Positions 1 to 9,178 of a stretch of 64,000 nt of DNA are shown one piece after another. Below the pieces are notes generated by a model that made no database searches, had not been told where the DNA came from, and saw only the letters and a program-made list of their open reading frames with translations. The position numbers and the translations under genes were made by a program. The stretch is from assembly GCA_035500095.1 (NCBI GenBank), contig DATJXN010000022.1, forward strand, positions 34,561 to 98,560. The letters are read 5' to 3'. This stretch comes from Candidatus Binataceae bacterium (GTDB lineage: Bacteria; Desulfobacterota; Binatia; Binatales; Binataceae). The stretch's first letter is position 1, and each line of letters opens with the position of its first letter.

Positions 1-178
1 GACCGGCGGTCACGGGCGATGCGCCAACAGCGCCTGCGTATGTCGCTGTCACAAGTCGCGAACGCGCTCACGCGCGAAGCGTCGCATGAGCGTCTGAACC
101 TGCCGGAAGTTTCCTTCGTCCGAATACCCAACCGAAGCAAGGTTCCGCGAAGGGACGCAAGCTGGCGCGGCAGCGGGC

Positions 179-1963
179 CTATTCACGGCCGATCAGTGCG
201 AGCACCAGCGGCGTAACGGCCATTTCGGAGAGCGTAACGTCCTCGCTCACTTCATCGACGATCCGTTGCATGGCGGCGCCGGAGCCGCCCTCAAGAGCCA
301 GAATCAGCGGCACATTGCTGTCAGACATATCCGCGCTTCCATGCCATGAGTAGTGCGTCGTGGCAGCGAAGTAGTATCTGTCCTGGATCGGAATCGCAGA
401 ACTGGCTTTGGCGAGAAGCACTATATCGCCGGCGCGGCCGCCATACGGACCTTCTCCGAGCCATCTCATGCGCTCATCGAGATCTGTGAGGTCCGGCCGG
501 GGATGTCTTCGCAGATAGCGGTAGATCGGAACCAGCGTGCGGCCGTCGAAAATCTTGAAGGCCTCCGCCTCCTCGTCCGCTTCGGCAGGTTCGCGGGCAA
601 AAATAAGATCGATAGTGCCCTTGCCTTGCGGGATCGGCTGCCCGGCCTGATTCTCCTTGTAGAAGGCGCGCACTGCCCTCATCACGTCCGCGTGAAAGCG
701 CGGCGGCCTCGTCCAGTCGCACTTGTGCCCGGCGGCCGCGCAGGTCGAGCGGTCGGCGAGATAGACGTACGCCATGAAGCCTTGCGAGGCGATCACGGCC
801 TGATAGTCCTCTTCGCTCTTACTCACCGTGAGCGACGCCTTGCGGACTCGAAACCCGGCCGCCTTGAGGGTGGCAAAAGGCGAGCCCGGATCGTCCGGGC
901 CCAGCCGATTCCTGGTCTCATTCAAGGTCGGCGTATGACCGTGGTCGGCGACAAAAATTACGAAGGTGTTGGGGAGCGCTCCGCGTTTGTCGTAGGCGTC
1001 GAGCACCTCGCCCACCGCGGGGTCGGTGGAATTCTCGATGTAATTGACCTGAGCATGTAGAGGATCGGGCGAGGCGTGCGTGAAAATATCAATCCCTGGG
1101 AAATAAACGATCTGCAGCCGCGGCAGTCCATGCTCGTCAATAGCTTGCAGAAGCTTGCTCGTCGAGTCCAGGTCGAGCGTCTTGCTGATAGCCTCGAGCG
1201 CGGTCTCTCCGGCGAGCTTGCCCTCGACCAGGTTGCCGACGAAGCCGGCGAAAGTCGCGGGCGGCACGGTCGTGAACAGCGTCGAGCCCCGATAGACCAT
1301 CAGCATCGAAACATAAGAGCGGCGCTTCAGCCGCTCGTACAATGTCGGTGCCTTGAGTTGCGAGCCGATTAGATCGTCGTTGAGCATCGCCGAGAAGTCG
1401 GCCGTCTGGGTAACGGTGATCGGCACGGGCGCATAGAAGCGTTGATGCGCGCGGTCGAACCATTCGTCGCCGGGCCATCCATTTTGCGCAGGCGGCTTGC
1501 CGGTGAATACCGCCGACCAGTCGGCGACCGTGCTCGATGGCAGCACGCTCAAGACGCCCGGCGCCGAATATCCATGCTCGAACAACCCGTTGCCCTGCTC
1601 CTTGCCCAGGAGCGCCGCAATGCGTTGCGCTTTGCCCGATCGAATGGCTTCCATCAATTGCGGATAGCCGGCTCCGTCCAGGCAGAAAACGATCACCCGC
1701 GGGCCTTCGTTCGGCGGGGCCTTGGCCTTGGTCACGACCGCAACACGAACCGGCTGCTCGCCGCCGGTGGAAACGGTTTTGGCCACGAACGCGCAATCCT
1801 GAACAACGAATAGCGCGATCCCGGCAGCGAGGCTCAGGAGAATGGGTGGTAGGCGCCGTTGGCGAACAGATTCTCTCACATGAGTATCACACATTTCTCT
1901 CGTCGCCCGATCAACGATCTTCATATCGGCCCAGGTTTTGGTTCCGGTCGCCGCCCTCGCCAT
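179..1963 (-). CDS. Alkaline-phosphatase-superfamily enzyme (type I phosphodiesterase / nucleotide pyrophosphatase-like) with N-terminal membrane anchor
   Basis: 594-aa ORF. Motifs VIVFCLDGAGY (metal-ligand Asp), PSSTVADWSAVFTG (nucleophile Thr region) and FVADHGHTP (DHG metal site). Hydrophobic LPPILLSLAAGIALFVV near the N-terminus. Start codon (1963 or 1924) uncertain. Confidence 0.7.
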   Translation of the reverse strand: MARAATGTKTWADMKIVDRATREMCDTHVRESVRQRRLPPILLSLAAGIALFVVQDCAFVAKTVSTGGEQPVRVAVVTKAKAPPNEGPRVIVFCLDGAGYPQLMEAIRSGKAQRIAALLGKEQGNGLFEHGYSAPGVLSVLPSSTVADWSAVFTGKPPAQNGWPGDEWFDRAHQRFYAPVPITVTQTADFSAMLNDDLIGSQLKAPTLYERLKRRSYVSMLMVYRGSTLFTTVPPATFAGFVGNLVEGKLAGETALEAISKTLDLDSTSKLLQAIDEHGLPRLQIVYFPGIDIFTHASPDPLHAQVNYIENSTDPAVGEVLDAYDKRGALPNTFVIFVADHGHTPTLNETRNRLGPDDPGSPFATLKAAGFRVRKASLTVSKSEEDYQAVIASQGFMAYVYLADRSTCAAAGHKCDWTRPPRFHADVMRAVRAFYKENQAGQPIPQGKGTIDLIFAREPAEADEEAEAFKIFDGRTLVPIYRYLRRHPRPDLTDLDERMRWLGEGPYGGRAGDIVLLAKASSAIPIQDRYYFAATTHYSWHGSADMSDSNVPLILALEGGSGAAMQRIVDEVSEDVTLSEMAVTPLVLALIGRE

Positions 1964-2103
1964 GGAGCCGCCTCATGCCACGAGCCGCTATCGTGCGGAC
2001 CAGCCTCGCTAATGCTAAAGTGGCGCCTGATGAGGGGGGAGCTCAGCTCTCGCGCCGGCGGTCAGGCCGGCGCAGATGTGCGAGACGAGCTCAGATCAAC
2101 TGC

Positions 2104-2733
2104 GTGTCGCATCGCGCGACGTTGAAGCGAGCCGCACTGACGGCCGGAGCCTTCGCGCTCGCCGTCGTCGCCAGTGGATGCTGGATGGCGGCAATTCAAC
2201 TCGCCCCGGTGGCTATCCAGGCGGCCGAGGCGGTCGGCAGCGGCGTCGCCAATCTGGCCGTGGGCGGCATCGTGGCCTCGCATCAATCGCATCAGGACAA
2301 GGACATGCCTCCGCCCGACAGCGACGTCTGCGACGAACTGTCGCAGGAGGTGCCGATGCTGGTCGAATTGAAAACCGACAAGACCGGCGTCACCCGCTAT
2401 CGCGAGTTGAGCCTGGTCGGCACTGACCTCGACCCGGCATGGGCGGCGATGCCGAACCAGGACACGAAGGACGGCGGATGGAAGCTCGCGAGCAACTTCA
2501 CCAAGATGAACTTTCAGCCTCCGCTGCAGAGCGAGCTTACCGCAGACTCGACCGCCTTCGTGGCCTATGCGCCGGCGGACGCGCGCGACGTGACGGAACA
2601 GGATCAGCTGAATGCGCTGGAGATGGGCTTTGGGTCTGCGGGCGGAACTTTCACCTGGAACGAACGGCCCTTCCGTTACGCGGTGGTGCACAAGCTGCCA
2701 TGCTTCCCGGCGCCGCCCGAACCCAAATCTTAG
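2104..2733 (+). CDS. Hypothetical lipoprotein
   Basis: In-frame GTG at 2104 inside the long ORF 1537..2733. The upstream part of that ORF is antisense to the phosphodiesterase gene. N-terminus (M)[25 protein letters not shown] has a lipobox (VASG|C). No recognisable domain. Confidence 0.55.
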   Translation: MSHRATLKRAALTAGAFALAVVASGCWMAAIQLAPVAIQAAEAVGSGVANLAVGGIVASHQSHQDKDMPPPDSDVCDELSQEVPMLVELKTDKTGVTRYRELSLVGTDLDPAWAAMPNQDTKDGGWKLASNFTKMNFQPPLQSELTADSTAFVAYAPADARDVTEQDQLNALEMGFGSAGGTFTWNERPFRYAVVHKLPCFPAPPEPKS

Positions 2734-2798
2734 AGTCGGGGCAAAGTCCTGGCTTCCTGGTCGCGGAAATCACAACAGCTTCAGTTGTCCTGCGGCAA

Positions 2799-3227
2799 CT
2801 ATCTCGCGATAACGATCTCGGCACTCGCCGGCTCGACCGCGACTCGGTCGACCACGCGCACGCGCTGCGCCACTTGAATGACGTGGCGATCCGCTTCGGT
2901 AACGATCGACGCCACCTCGCCCTCGCAGCGCACCGTCTCGCCCGCAAATACCATCGCGCGCAGACGAAAGCTCATCCGCCGGATGAATGCCCGCGGCCCG
3001 AGCCAGTCGAGCAGCGCTTCGGCCAGTAGCGCGCCGAACATCTGCCCGTCAACGATCGGTCCGGCGATGTTGCGCGCGCGGGCGTACTCCGGTTCGTAGT
3101 GGAGGCGATGCCAGTCCCAGGTTGCGCCGCCGTAGGCCACCAGCCGCACCTGGGTCAGCGTGCGTTCGAGCGGCGGGACCGGCCCGCCGATCTCCAGCGC
3201 GGGCAGAGCCTCTGTCTGCTGACTCAT
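2799..3227 (-). CDS. MaoC-like (R)-specific enoyl-CoA hydratase / hotdog-fold dehydratase, C-type subunit
   Basis: 142-aa ORF with hotdog/MaoC-like sequence (GPIVDGQMFGALLAEALLDW..., central helix plus long beta strands). Its ATG overlaps the upstream stop as ATGA (3224-3227). Confidence 0.75.
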   Translation of the reverse strand: MSQQTEALPALEIGGPVPPLERTLTQVRLVAYGGATWDWHRLHYEPEYARARNIAGPIVDGQMFGALLAEALLDWLGPRAFIRRMSFRLRAMVFAGETVRCEGEVASIVTEADRHVIQVAQRVRVVDRVAVEPASAEIVIAR

Positions 3228-3727
3228 CGCGAAACCTCAAGCGGCTGAAAAATAAGCGTCTCGCGGTTGCGCGCGAGAAGTTCCCCGCGTTGATTAGCGT
3301 AGGTCGCCGCGGAGATCACGATCAGCATCGACCCGCCTCGCGAGGAGCGATGCTCCGAAATATCCTCGAGCCGCCAGGTGACGGTGATCCGATCTTCCGG
3401 CAGCACTGAGCGGAAAAATTCGTAGTCGTGTCCGCCCCGGATCATACGGCAGCTCCTGATCGGCAAGTCCCAGGTGTGGCCCACATAGCCGTCGGAATCG
3501 GGCGGACGATGCGCGTACTGGCTGGTCTCGCACACGAAGGTCGGTGGAGCGACGATCGAAGGATAGCCCGCGGCGCGCGCGTAGGCCTCGTCAGTATAGA
3601 GCGGATTCTCGTCGCCGATCGCCAGCGCGAAATAGCGGATCGAGGCGCGGCCGATCTCCTCGGGCGCCGTATAACTGAACTCGCGCCCGATCCATCCTCG
3701 AAGCTCGTCTGTCAGCAGCGCGTCGAT
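3224..3727 (-). CDS. MaoC N-terminal-type (FAS1/HadA-like) hotdog subunit; start codon non-canonical or lost
   Basis: The frame is open from the RidA TAG (3749-3751) down to 3224. The translated stretch IRYFALAIGDENPLYTDEAYARAAGYPSIVAPPTFVCETSQY is a typical dehydratase N-domain motif. It lies upstream of the first canonical start (GTG 3535). GGAG at 3737-3740 is followed by ATC at 3727 and CTG at 3718. About 167 aa if it starts at 3727. Confidence 0.6.
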   Translation of the reverse strand: MDALLTDELRGWIGREFSYTAPEEIGRASIRYFALAIGDENPLYTDEAYARAAGYPSIVAPPTFVCETSQYAHRPPDSDGYVGHTWDLPIRSCRMIRGGHDYEFFRSVLPEDRITVTWRLEDISEHRSSRGGSMLIVISAATYANQRGELLARNRETLIFQPLEVSR

Positions 3728-3748
3728 TAGAGAACGCTCCGTTAGGTA

Positions 3749-4954
3749 CTAGGCTGCGGGAACTATCGCGAGCGCATCGACTTCGATCAGATATTCCGGG
3801 CGCAGCAGGGTTTCGCATACGCATCCGGTGGACACGGGAAACGGCGTCCGCAACATCCGCGAGCGCACGCCCGCCACCTCGCGATAGCGCTCGAGCGCGG
3901 CTGCGGTGACGTACTCGACGGTTTTGACCAGATGTTCGGGACCGCCGCCCGCCGCCGCGACCACTTGCAGGATGTTGTCATACACGTAGGCGGCCTGCGC
4001 AGCGACATCGCCCGGATGCATCGGGGTTGCGCTACGCGGATCGAGCGCCGTCTGCCCGGCGATGAAAAGCATTTCGCCTGCGCGCACAGCGGGGCTGTAG
4101 GTTAACTCCGCATAGCGCGTCCATCCGGGATTGACCGCCGCCGGCGGATGGCGCGACGCGATGAAATCGACCTGGAGCATCGCGTCCCGATAGCCGACGC
4201 GCTTCATTACGATTCCGGTCGCGGCGGGATAAACCGGCCCCAGGAATTGGCGGCGCACCGCGCCGGTCTTCCTGTAGTTCGGCAATGCGGCGGGCGTGAG
4301 ATAATCAACCGTCTTCACCACGCGGTCCATTCCCAGACTCAGCGCGGATAGTATGCCCGCTGCGCGCCGGTAAATTGCGCGCGCCTGCCCGATGAGATCG
4401 CCCGGCGCGATGACCGCACCCGCATCGTCGAGCGGCAGAATGGACGAAAGATAGACCACCCCGCCGGCAGCTCGCGCGGCCGCCGCTGTCGGCGGCCATC
4501 CGCGCCCGGCGCTCGGCGGCGGCTCCGAGGGCTCCGCGTCGACTTCGATTTCGATGAGCGCTTGCGGCCGCAGCAGGCGGTTCACCACCACGATGCTGAC
4601 CGCCGGGCGGTTGTCGCCCAACAATTCGCTGCGAACCGCGGCGGCCTCGGCATAGCGCTCGATCCCTTCCGGCGTGACGTACTCGACCAAGCGCACGACC
4701 TCGGCCAGGCTTCGGCCGCCGGCTTCGAGAATGGCGGCGATCTTTGCCCATGCGGTGCGCGCCTGCTCGCGCATCCCTCCGCGTACAACCATCTCGCGCG
4801 TATCGGCATCATACTCGGAAGCCGAGTGGCCCGAGAGCATCGTTCGCCCGCCGGCGCTAAGCCCGAGCGAGAACGTGTAGCGCGAATAGTCGTACCAGGG
4901 AAAATTACCCGGCCTGAGCGCGATTCGTTCCATCACGGTTTCCCCAAATACCAT
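3749..4954 (-). CDS. Triple-domain RidA/YjgF/L-PSP family protein (three tandem RidA-like domains in one chain)
   Basis: 401-aa ORF with three internal repeats of about 110-130 aa. Each ends with a RidA-type C-terminal strand: PAVSIVVVNRLLRPQALIEIEVDA, PAATGIVMKRVGYRDAMLQVDFIA and PVSTGCVCETLLRPEYLIEVDALA. An alternative start ATG at 4933 has better SD spacing (GGGGAA-N6-ATG). Confidence 0.75.
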   Translation of the reverse strand: MVFGETVMERIALRPGNFPWYDYSRYTFSLGLSAGGRTMLSGHSASEYDADTREMVVRGGMREQARTAWAKIAAILEAGGRSLAEVVRLVEYVTPEGIERYAEAAAVRSELLGDNRPAVSIVVVNRLLRPQALIEIEVDAEPSEPPPSAGRGWPPTAAAARAAGGVVYLSSILPLDDAGAVIAPGDLIGQARAIYRRAAGILSALSLGMDRVVKTVDYLTPAALPNYRKTGAVRRQFLGPVYPAATGIVMKRVGYRDAMLQVDFIASRHPPAAVNPGWTRYAELTYSPAVRAGEMLFIAGQTALDPRSATPMHPGDVAAQAAYVYDNILQVVAAAGGGPEHLVKTVEYVTAAALERYREVAGVRSRMLRTPFPVSTGCVCETLLRPEYLIEVDALAIVPAA

Positions 4955-4960
4955 CTCCCT

Positions 4961-7900
4961 CTAAAACGGCGGGGGCAAGCCGAAGATTCTCCCGTTCGGG
5001 CTCAGGCGACAAGTGTCGGGCGTGCCGACCGTCGCCGAAGGATTCTCCGGCGTTCCCGTGGTCGTGAAGCTGGTGCTGCAGGAGGCGGCGCCATTCATCG
5101 CCGACAGCGTATAAGTCTGGCCGATCTGCAGCGGCGCGATGAACTGGTTGGGCGACCGCTGCGCAAGTACTGCGTTATTGATCGTCACCAGCGTGCCGGT
5201 GTTAACGCCAATCTGATAGTAGGCGTACTCGGACCCGGAGGACCATGGCGGTCCCGGGTCCGTGTTGGTACCGGCGGCCACCTGGCAGACCGGCGGCGGA
5301 TTGGCTGTCGCGTGCGGGTATTCCGGGGTGCCGCCCACCGTCAGCGTCACCGGGTCGCCGGTGTTGAACGGCGGGGCGGGGCTGGGAGCTGGACTCGGCA
5401 CCACGTAAGCGAGCGTGTTCTGGTTCGCCGGAGGATCCTGCGTAAAGTTGTGGTTCGCATCGTTGGGCGGATAGGGATTGCAGGATGACCGTCCGGGATC
5501 GTACGCCCCTTTCATCTTCACGCGATACGAAGTGCATCCTCCGGCCGGGCACGTATAGTAAGTCTCGCTCCCGTGCGGACATTCCGGCGGCAGCGGCGTT
5601 TGCGCATTGGCGCCGCAGCTTCCGAGCGGCGACGGCCCCAGCGCGTTCGGCGCCGATTGCACCATGTAGAAAAGCAGCATCCCGGATTTCTTGTCGTAGA
5701 AATACTTGTTGGGAACCGGCAGATGCGTATTCGAATCCAGCAGGTCGGCAACCGATGTTATCCCGTTATCGTCCAGTTGGGCCTTCGGACACATCCCGGC
5801 GACCGGCGCCTGGCCGTCCGGGCATGCGCCATCAACCACCGCGCCCTCGCTCGGGCAGGCCGTAGCGTTCGGCGGATGCTGGCTGTCGAGCTGATCGCAG
5901 GGAAGTTTGTTCCAGTATTTCTGCAGCTCGGGGTCCTTGGGAGAAACGTTCCCCGCGCCGAAAGACTTATAGCCGCGCACGATTTTGAAATCGTTCGACG
6001 GATGCGTCTGGTCTTTGTTGCTATAGCAAATACCCACTCGAACGTAGAAAGGATTGCCCGCCGAAATGCTGGGCATGTTGAGATCGGCGAGCGTCAGATC
6101 GATGGTTGATGGAATCCCCACCGTCGCGTTGTTGCCGCTTTTCTTGCCCGAGCTCGCGCCGATCGTGTAGCCGTAACCGTTCATTACCTTCGGCTCCCAT
6201 ACGCCGAGGAAATTCCGCCCGTGCAGCACCATGCTCCAGTGCTTGGGTTTGTCTTGCGGAAATAGCGCATCGTAGTCGGTCGAATCCTTGGTAAAAGTCA
6301 TGTGCTGCCAGTTGCTGTGACACGTGCAGAGCGCCGCCTGCTGTTCCGGCGTGCATGCGGGAGGGTTGGGTCCTGCCTCCAGGTTGCAATCGCAGGGCGG
6401 CGTCTGGTTCGGAGCCGCCTCGCAGGTCTGTGGCGTCTCGGCCTCGAACTCGAGCGTGCCCAGGCTTCCGGGTTCGATCAGCGACGTCGGGCGCTGCTCG
6501 GCCAAGGTATCCTGCGCGCCCTGCGCCAGGCACTCATCCGCCGAGGTCTGCGTCAACTGCTCGTCGGCCGGCTGCGCGCGCACGGCGGTCGCGTTGAACG
6601 GCAGATTGTTGAGCGAGATTGCGTTATCGACCTTGACGTTGCCGCCATGAACAACTTCAAAACCCGTCAATGTACCGTCAAGATCGACGATCAGCGTGTT
6701 TTTGTCGCCGTCATTGAAGGGGCCCAGGTTAACCTTGTCAGTATAGATCTGATGGCGCAGATCGACGTGATCGAAGGTCAGGCCTTCGCTTGCCTGCGCG
6801 TTCGGATAGCTGCTCTGGTTCGACTGAAACCATCCGAGCGCGGCGTCGCCCTCGTAAACCCCGAGATGATTGGTGAATTCGTTGTTGCGGGTGAAATAGT
6901 CGAGCGCGGCGCGATCCTCGCCGGTGAGATACTTCCTGATATCGACGTTGAAGTTGACGAACGCGTCATTGAAGATCAGCGCCGGGCCGTCATAGATCAT
7001 GAAGCCCGCGAAGTTCCAGTTCGGCGTGGGATAGCCGCGCGCCACTACGTCGTAGCCGGGATTGGGCAGCACCGGCTTGCCGTCGTTGAAGGTTATCGGC
7101 GTCACGTCGATGCATCCGGTGATGCGGCCCGTGTTGGGCAGTCCCATCGCCTGATCGGGATAAGGACAGGGGCCGAAACGATCGACGTTGTTCTGGCTGA
7201 GACCGACGACCACCGAATTTTCCAGCATCGCCCAGCTTCCCGGAGCCGCGCCGTCGAAGCCGCCCGCGCTCACCAGCGAAACGCTGTCGCGATTGGTGGC
7301 GAGCCGCGCATTCTTGACCACGAACCAGTCGGGCCGCAGCCACACGCCGCGGTCGCGATTGCGGGTCGCTGTGATGCGGTCAAACGTGCTGAACAGGGGC
7401 GGATCGTCAGCTGTCGCCGGTACGCCGCTGGAGGCGGGCTTGTGCGGGAAGAGCTGGTCGGAAAGCACGCCGTCCTCCCCCTCCGCATAGAGTCCCGAAT
7501 AGCATGCGTGGGCGCGATTATTCTGGAACAAGCCCTCGGGCTGGAACTTGACGTCGACTTCCTTTTCCAGCGGATCCTTCGGATTGGAAATATTGATCTT
7601 CGGCGGAACATACCAGTATGCGCGCCCGGTGCCCTGGCATCCGCCGATCGAGTTGTTCGTAAGCACCGTAGTCGGATTGACAATCCAGAACCCGCTCGCC
7701 GGTTCGAAGTAAATCTGGCCCTCCGGGCAGTTCTTCCATCCCGGTTGCCCGCCCACGTTGGTCTCAATCTCCTTGGGATCCTGCAGCTTCAGCGTGCCGT
7801 CGCCCTGGGCAATGCCGCATCCGCCGCGCGTCGGATTCTGCTGGCCATCGGTATCGGGAATATTGAAGCCGTTGTAGTTGTAGCCCGCCTGCTTGACCAG

Positions 7901-9178
7901 GTTATCGCCGGTCCACCAGTAGTTTTCGACCAGCTTCTTCCTGAGTCCCGGCGTCGGCGCATTGATGTTGAAGTTGTTGCTCATCGCACCGAGGCCGAGG
8001 TTGCTGTCGAGCACGACGCCCGTCTCGTTCCCCCACTCCTCGTAGAAGATGTGGCCGACGATACGCGCGCACACGTTGTTCTTCAGCGTCACGTTGCTCG
8101 TCGAATGCACCACCAGGCACTTGTTGAAGCTGTGATGGATGCTGTTGGCGTTGACCAGCGCCGTCGCGTTGCTGAGCGCGCCGTCGCGGTGAAAATGAAT
8201 CGGATAGCTGCCGAGCTGGTCCTTGCCGAATTTTTCGATCTCGACGCCCTGGACGCGGGTGGCGGCCTCGTCGAAACCGCTGTGGAACATGATGTCGCCG
8301 CCCCAATGCCGGCTGTTCGGATCGTCGGGGATCGCCGCCGTCAGCTTGATATTGCGCGTGATGAGTCCGACTTCGGCGCGCTCGTCGACGCCGTAGTTGC
8401 AGCCCGCGGTTTGCGCGCCGCCGGTGCAGGAGTTCGGCGCGGGTCCGCCGAAACCAAAGTGATAGTACTTAAGCGGCTGCACCAGCTTGATCATGTTCGG
8501 CGCCGGGAAAGAATCGATCTGCACGAACTCGGTCTCGAACGGATTGAAGCTGGTCGTCGCAACCACGATCCAGTCGCCCGCCTGCCAGCCCTTGCTGCTG
8601 ACGTCGTCCGCCAGCTGGATCACCGTATCGCCGTTCGCCGCGACCGGGTTGCCGACGCCGGTGCCCGCGCCGTACCGCCCCGGCGGCCCCGCCGCCGCGC
8701 CAAGGTAGCTCCAGCTTACCTGGCTTGGCGGAACGCCTTTGAGCCCGTACAGGCCGAGCGCGCCGCCGGACATCACCTCGATGCCCTTGGAGAATTTCGC
8801 GCACTTCTGCGGCGACGGGCACGGGCGCTCGCCCGTGAAGGTGATCGTGATGCGATTGCCGAGGCTCGAGGTGCCGACCGGCATGGCGGCCGTGCCGATC
8901 TGCAGGCTGCCCGAGACGATTATCTCTTTGACCTTGAGCGCGCGCGTCTGGTCGGGGATATCAAGCTCGCCGCCGCTTTTTATCGTGATCTTGCCGAAAT
9001 CGCAGTCTTGCTGCAGGCAGACGTGGCTGTTGATTTCGATGTCCGCGCGATCGACGGGACAGCTGATAAGAGGTGTGCTGCCGCAAACCTGCGACGCCGC
9101 CGGACTCGGCCTCGCCGCAAGACCACCGAGCACCACCGCTATCACAACGATCCATCGCCGGATCCCTGCTCCTTCCAT
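4961..9178 (-). CDS. Large secreted G8-domain / right-handed beta-helix protein (CEMIP/TMEM2/fibrocystin-like architecture)
   Basis: 1405-aa ORF with a Sec signal peptide (MEGAGIRRWIVVIAVVLGGLAARPSPAASQ). N-terminal G8-like module (KSGGELDIPDQTRALKVKEIIVSGSLQIG ... GDWIVVATTSFNPFETEFVQI). SYPIHFH motif followed by beta-helix-like repeats. Many Cys residues. Confidence 0.7.
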   Translation of the reverse strand: MEGAGIRRWIVVIAVVLGGLAARPSPAASQVCGSTPLISCPVDRADIEINSHVCLQQDCDFGKITIKSGGELDIPDQTRALKVKEIIVSGSLQIGTAAMPVGTSSLGNRITITFTGERPCPSPQKCAKFSKGIEVMSGGALGLYGLKGVPPSQVSWSYLGAAAGPPGRYGAGTGVGNPVAANGDTVIQLADDVSSKGWQAGDWIVVATTSFNPFETEFVQIDSFPAPNMIKLVQPLKYYHFGFGGPAPNSCTGGAQTAGCNYGVDERAEVGLITRNIKLTAAIPDDPNSRHWGGDIMFHSGFDEAATRVQGVEIEKFGKDQLGSYPIHFHRDGALSNATALVNANSIHHSFNKCLVVHSTSNVTLKNNVCARIVGHIFYEEWGNETGVVLDSNLGLGAMSNNFNINAPTPGLRKKLVENYWWTGDNLVKQAGYNYNGFNIPDTDGQQNPTRGGCGIAQGDGTLKLQDPKEIETNVGGQPGWKNCPEGQIYFEPASGFWIVNPTTVLTNNSIGGCQGTGRAYWYVPPKINISNPKDPLEKEVDVKFQPEGLFQNNRAHACYSGLYAEGEDGVLSDQLFPHKPASSGVPATADDPPLFSTFDRITATRNRDRGVWLRPDWFVVKNARLATNRDSVSLVSAGGFDGAAPGSWAMLENSVVVGLSQNNVDRFGPCPYPDQAMGLPNTGRITGCIDVTPITFNDGKPVLPNPGYDVVARGYPTPNWNFAGFMIYDGPALIFNDAFVNFNVDIRKYLTGEDRAALDYFTRNNEFTNHLGVYEGDAALGWFQSNQSSYPNAQASEGLTFDHVDLRHQIYTDKVNLGPFNDGDKNTLIVDLDGTLTGFEVVHGGNVKVDNAISLNNLPFNATAVRAQPADEQLTQTSADECLAQGAQDTLAEQRPTSLIEPGSLGTLEFEAETPQTCEAAPNQTPPCDCNLEAGPNPPACTPEQQAALCTCHSNWQHMTFTKDSTDYDALFPQDKPKHWSMVLHGRNFLGVWEPKVMNGYGYTIGASSGKKSGNNATVGIPSTIDLTLADLNMPSISAGNPFYVRVGICYSNKDQTHPSNDFKIVRGYKSFGAGNVSPKDPELQKYWNKLPCDQLDSQHPPNATACPSEGAVVDGACPDGQAPVAGMCPKAQLDDNGITSVADLLDSNTHLPVPNKYFYDKKSGMLLFYMVQSAPNALGPSPLGSCGANAQTPLPPECPHGSETYYTCPAGGCTSYRVKMKGAYDPGRSSCNPYPPNDANHNFTQDPPANQNTLAYVVPSPAPSPAPPFNTGDPVTLTVGGTPEYPHATANPPPVCQVAAGTNTDPGPPWSSGSEYAYYQIGVNTGTLVTINNAVLAQRSPNQFIAPLQIGQTYTLSAMNGAASCSTSFTTTGTPENPSATVGTPDTCRLSPNGRIFGLPPPF

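Noticed and set aside
19-216. 65-aa ORF at the window edge with a faint XRE-like HTH pattern (RLRMSLSQVANAL). Its frame is open to position 1.
   Set aside because: It is too short and too weakly matching. It overlaps the 3' end of the phosphodiesterase gene, and the rest would lie outside the window. It cannot be supported.
1537-2103. N-terminal 189 codons of the 398-aa track ORF 1537-2733.
   Set aside because: This part overlaps the phosphodiesterase gene antisense and is Arg/Pro-rich. A GTG at 2104 yields a clean lipoprotein signal, so the gene was trimmed.
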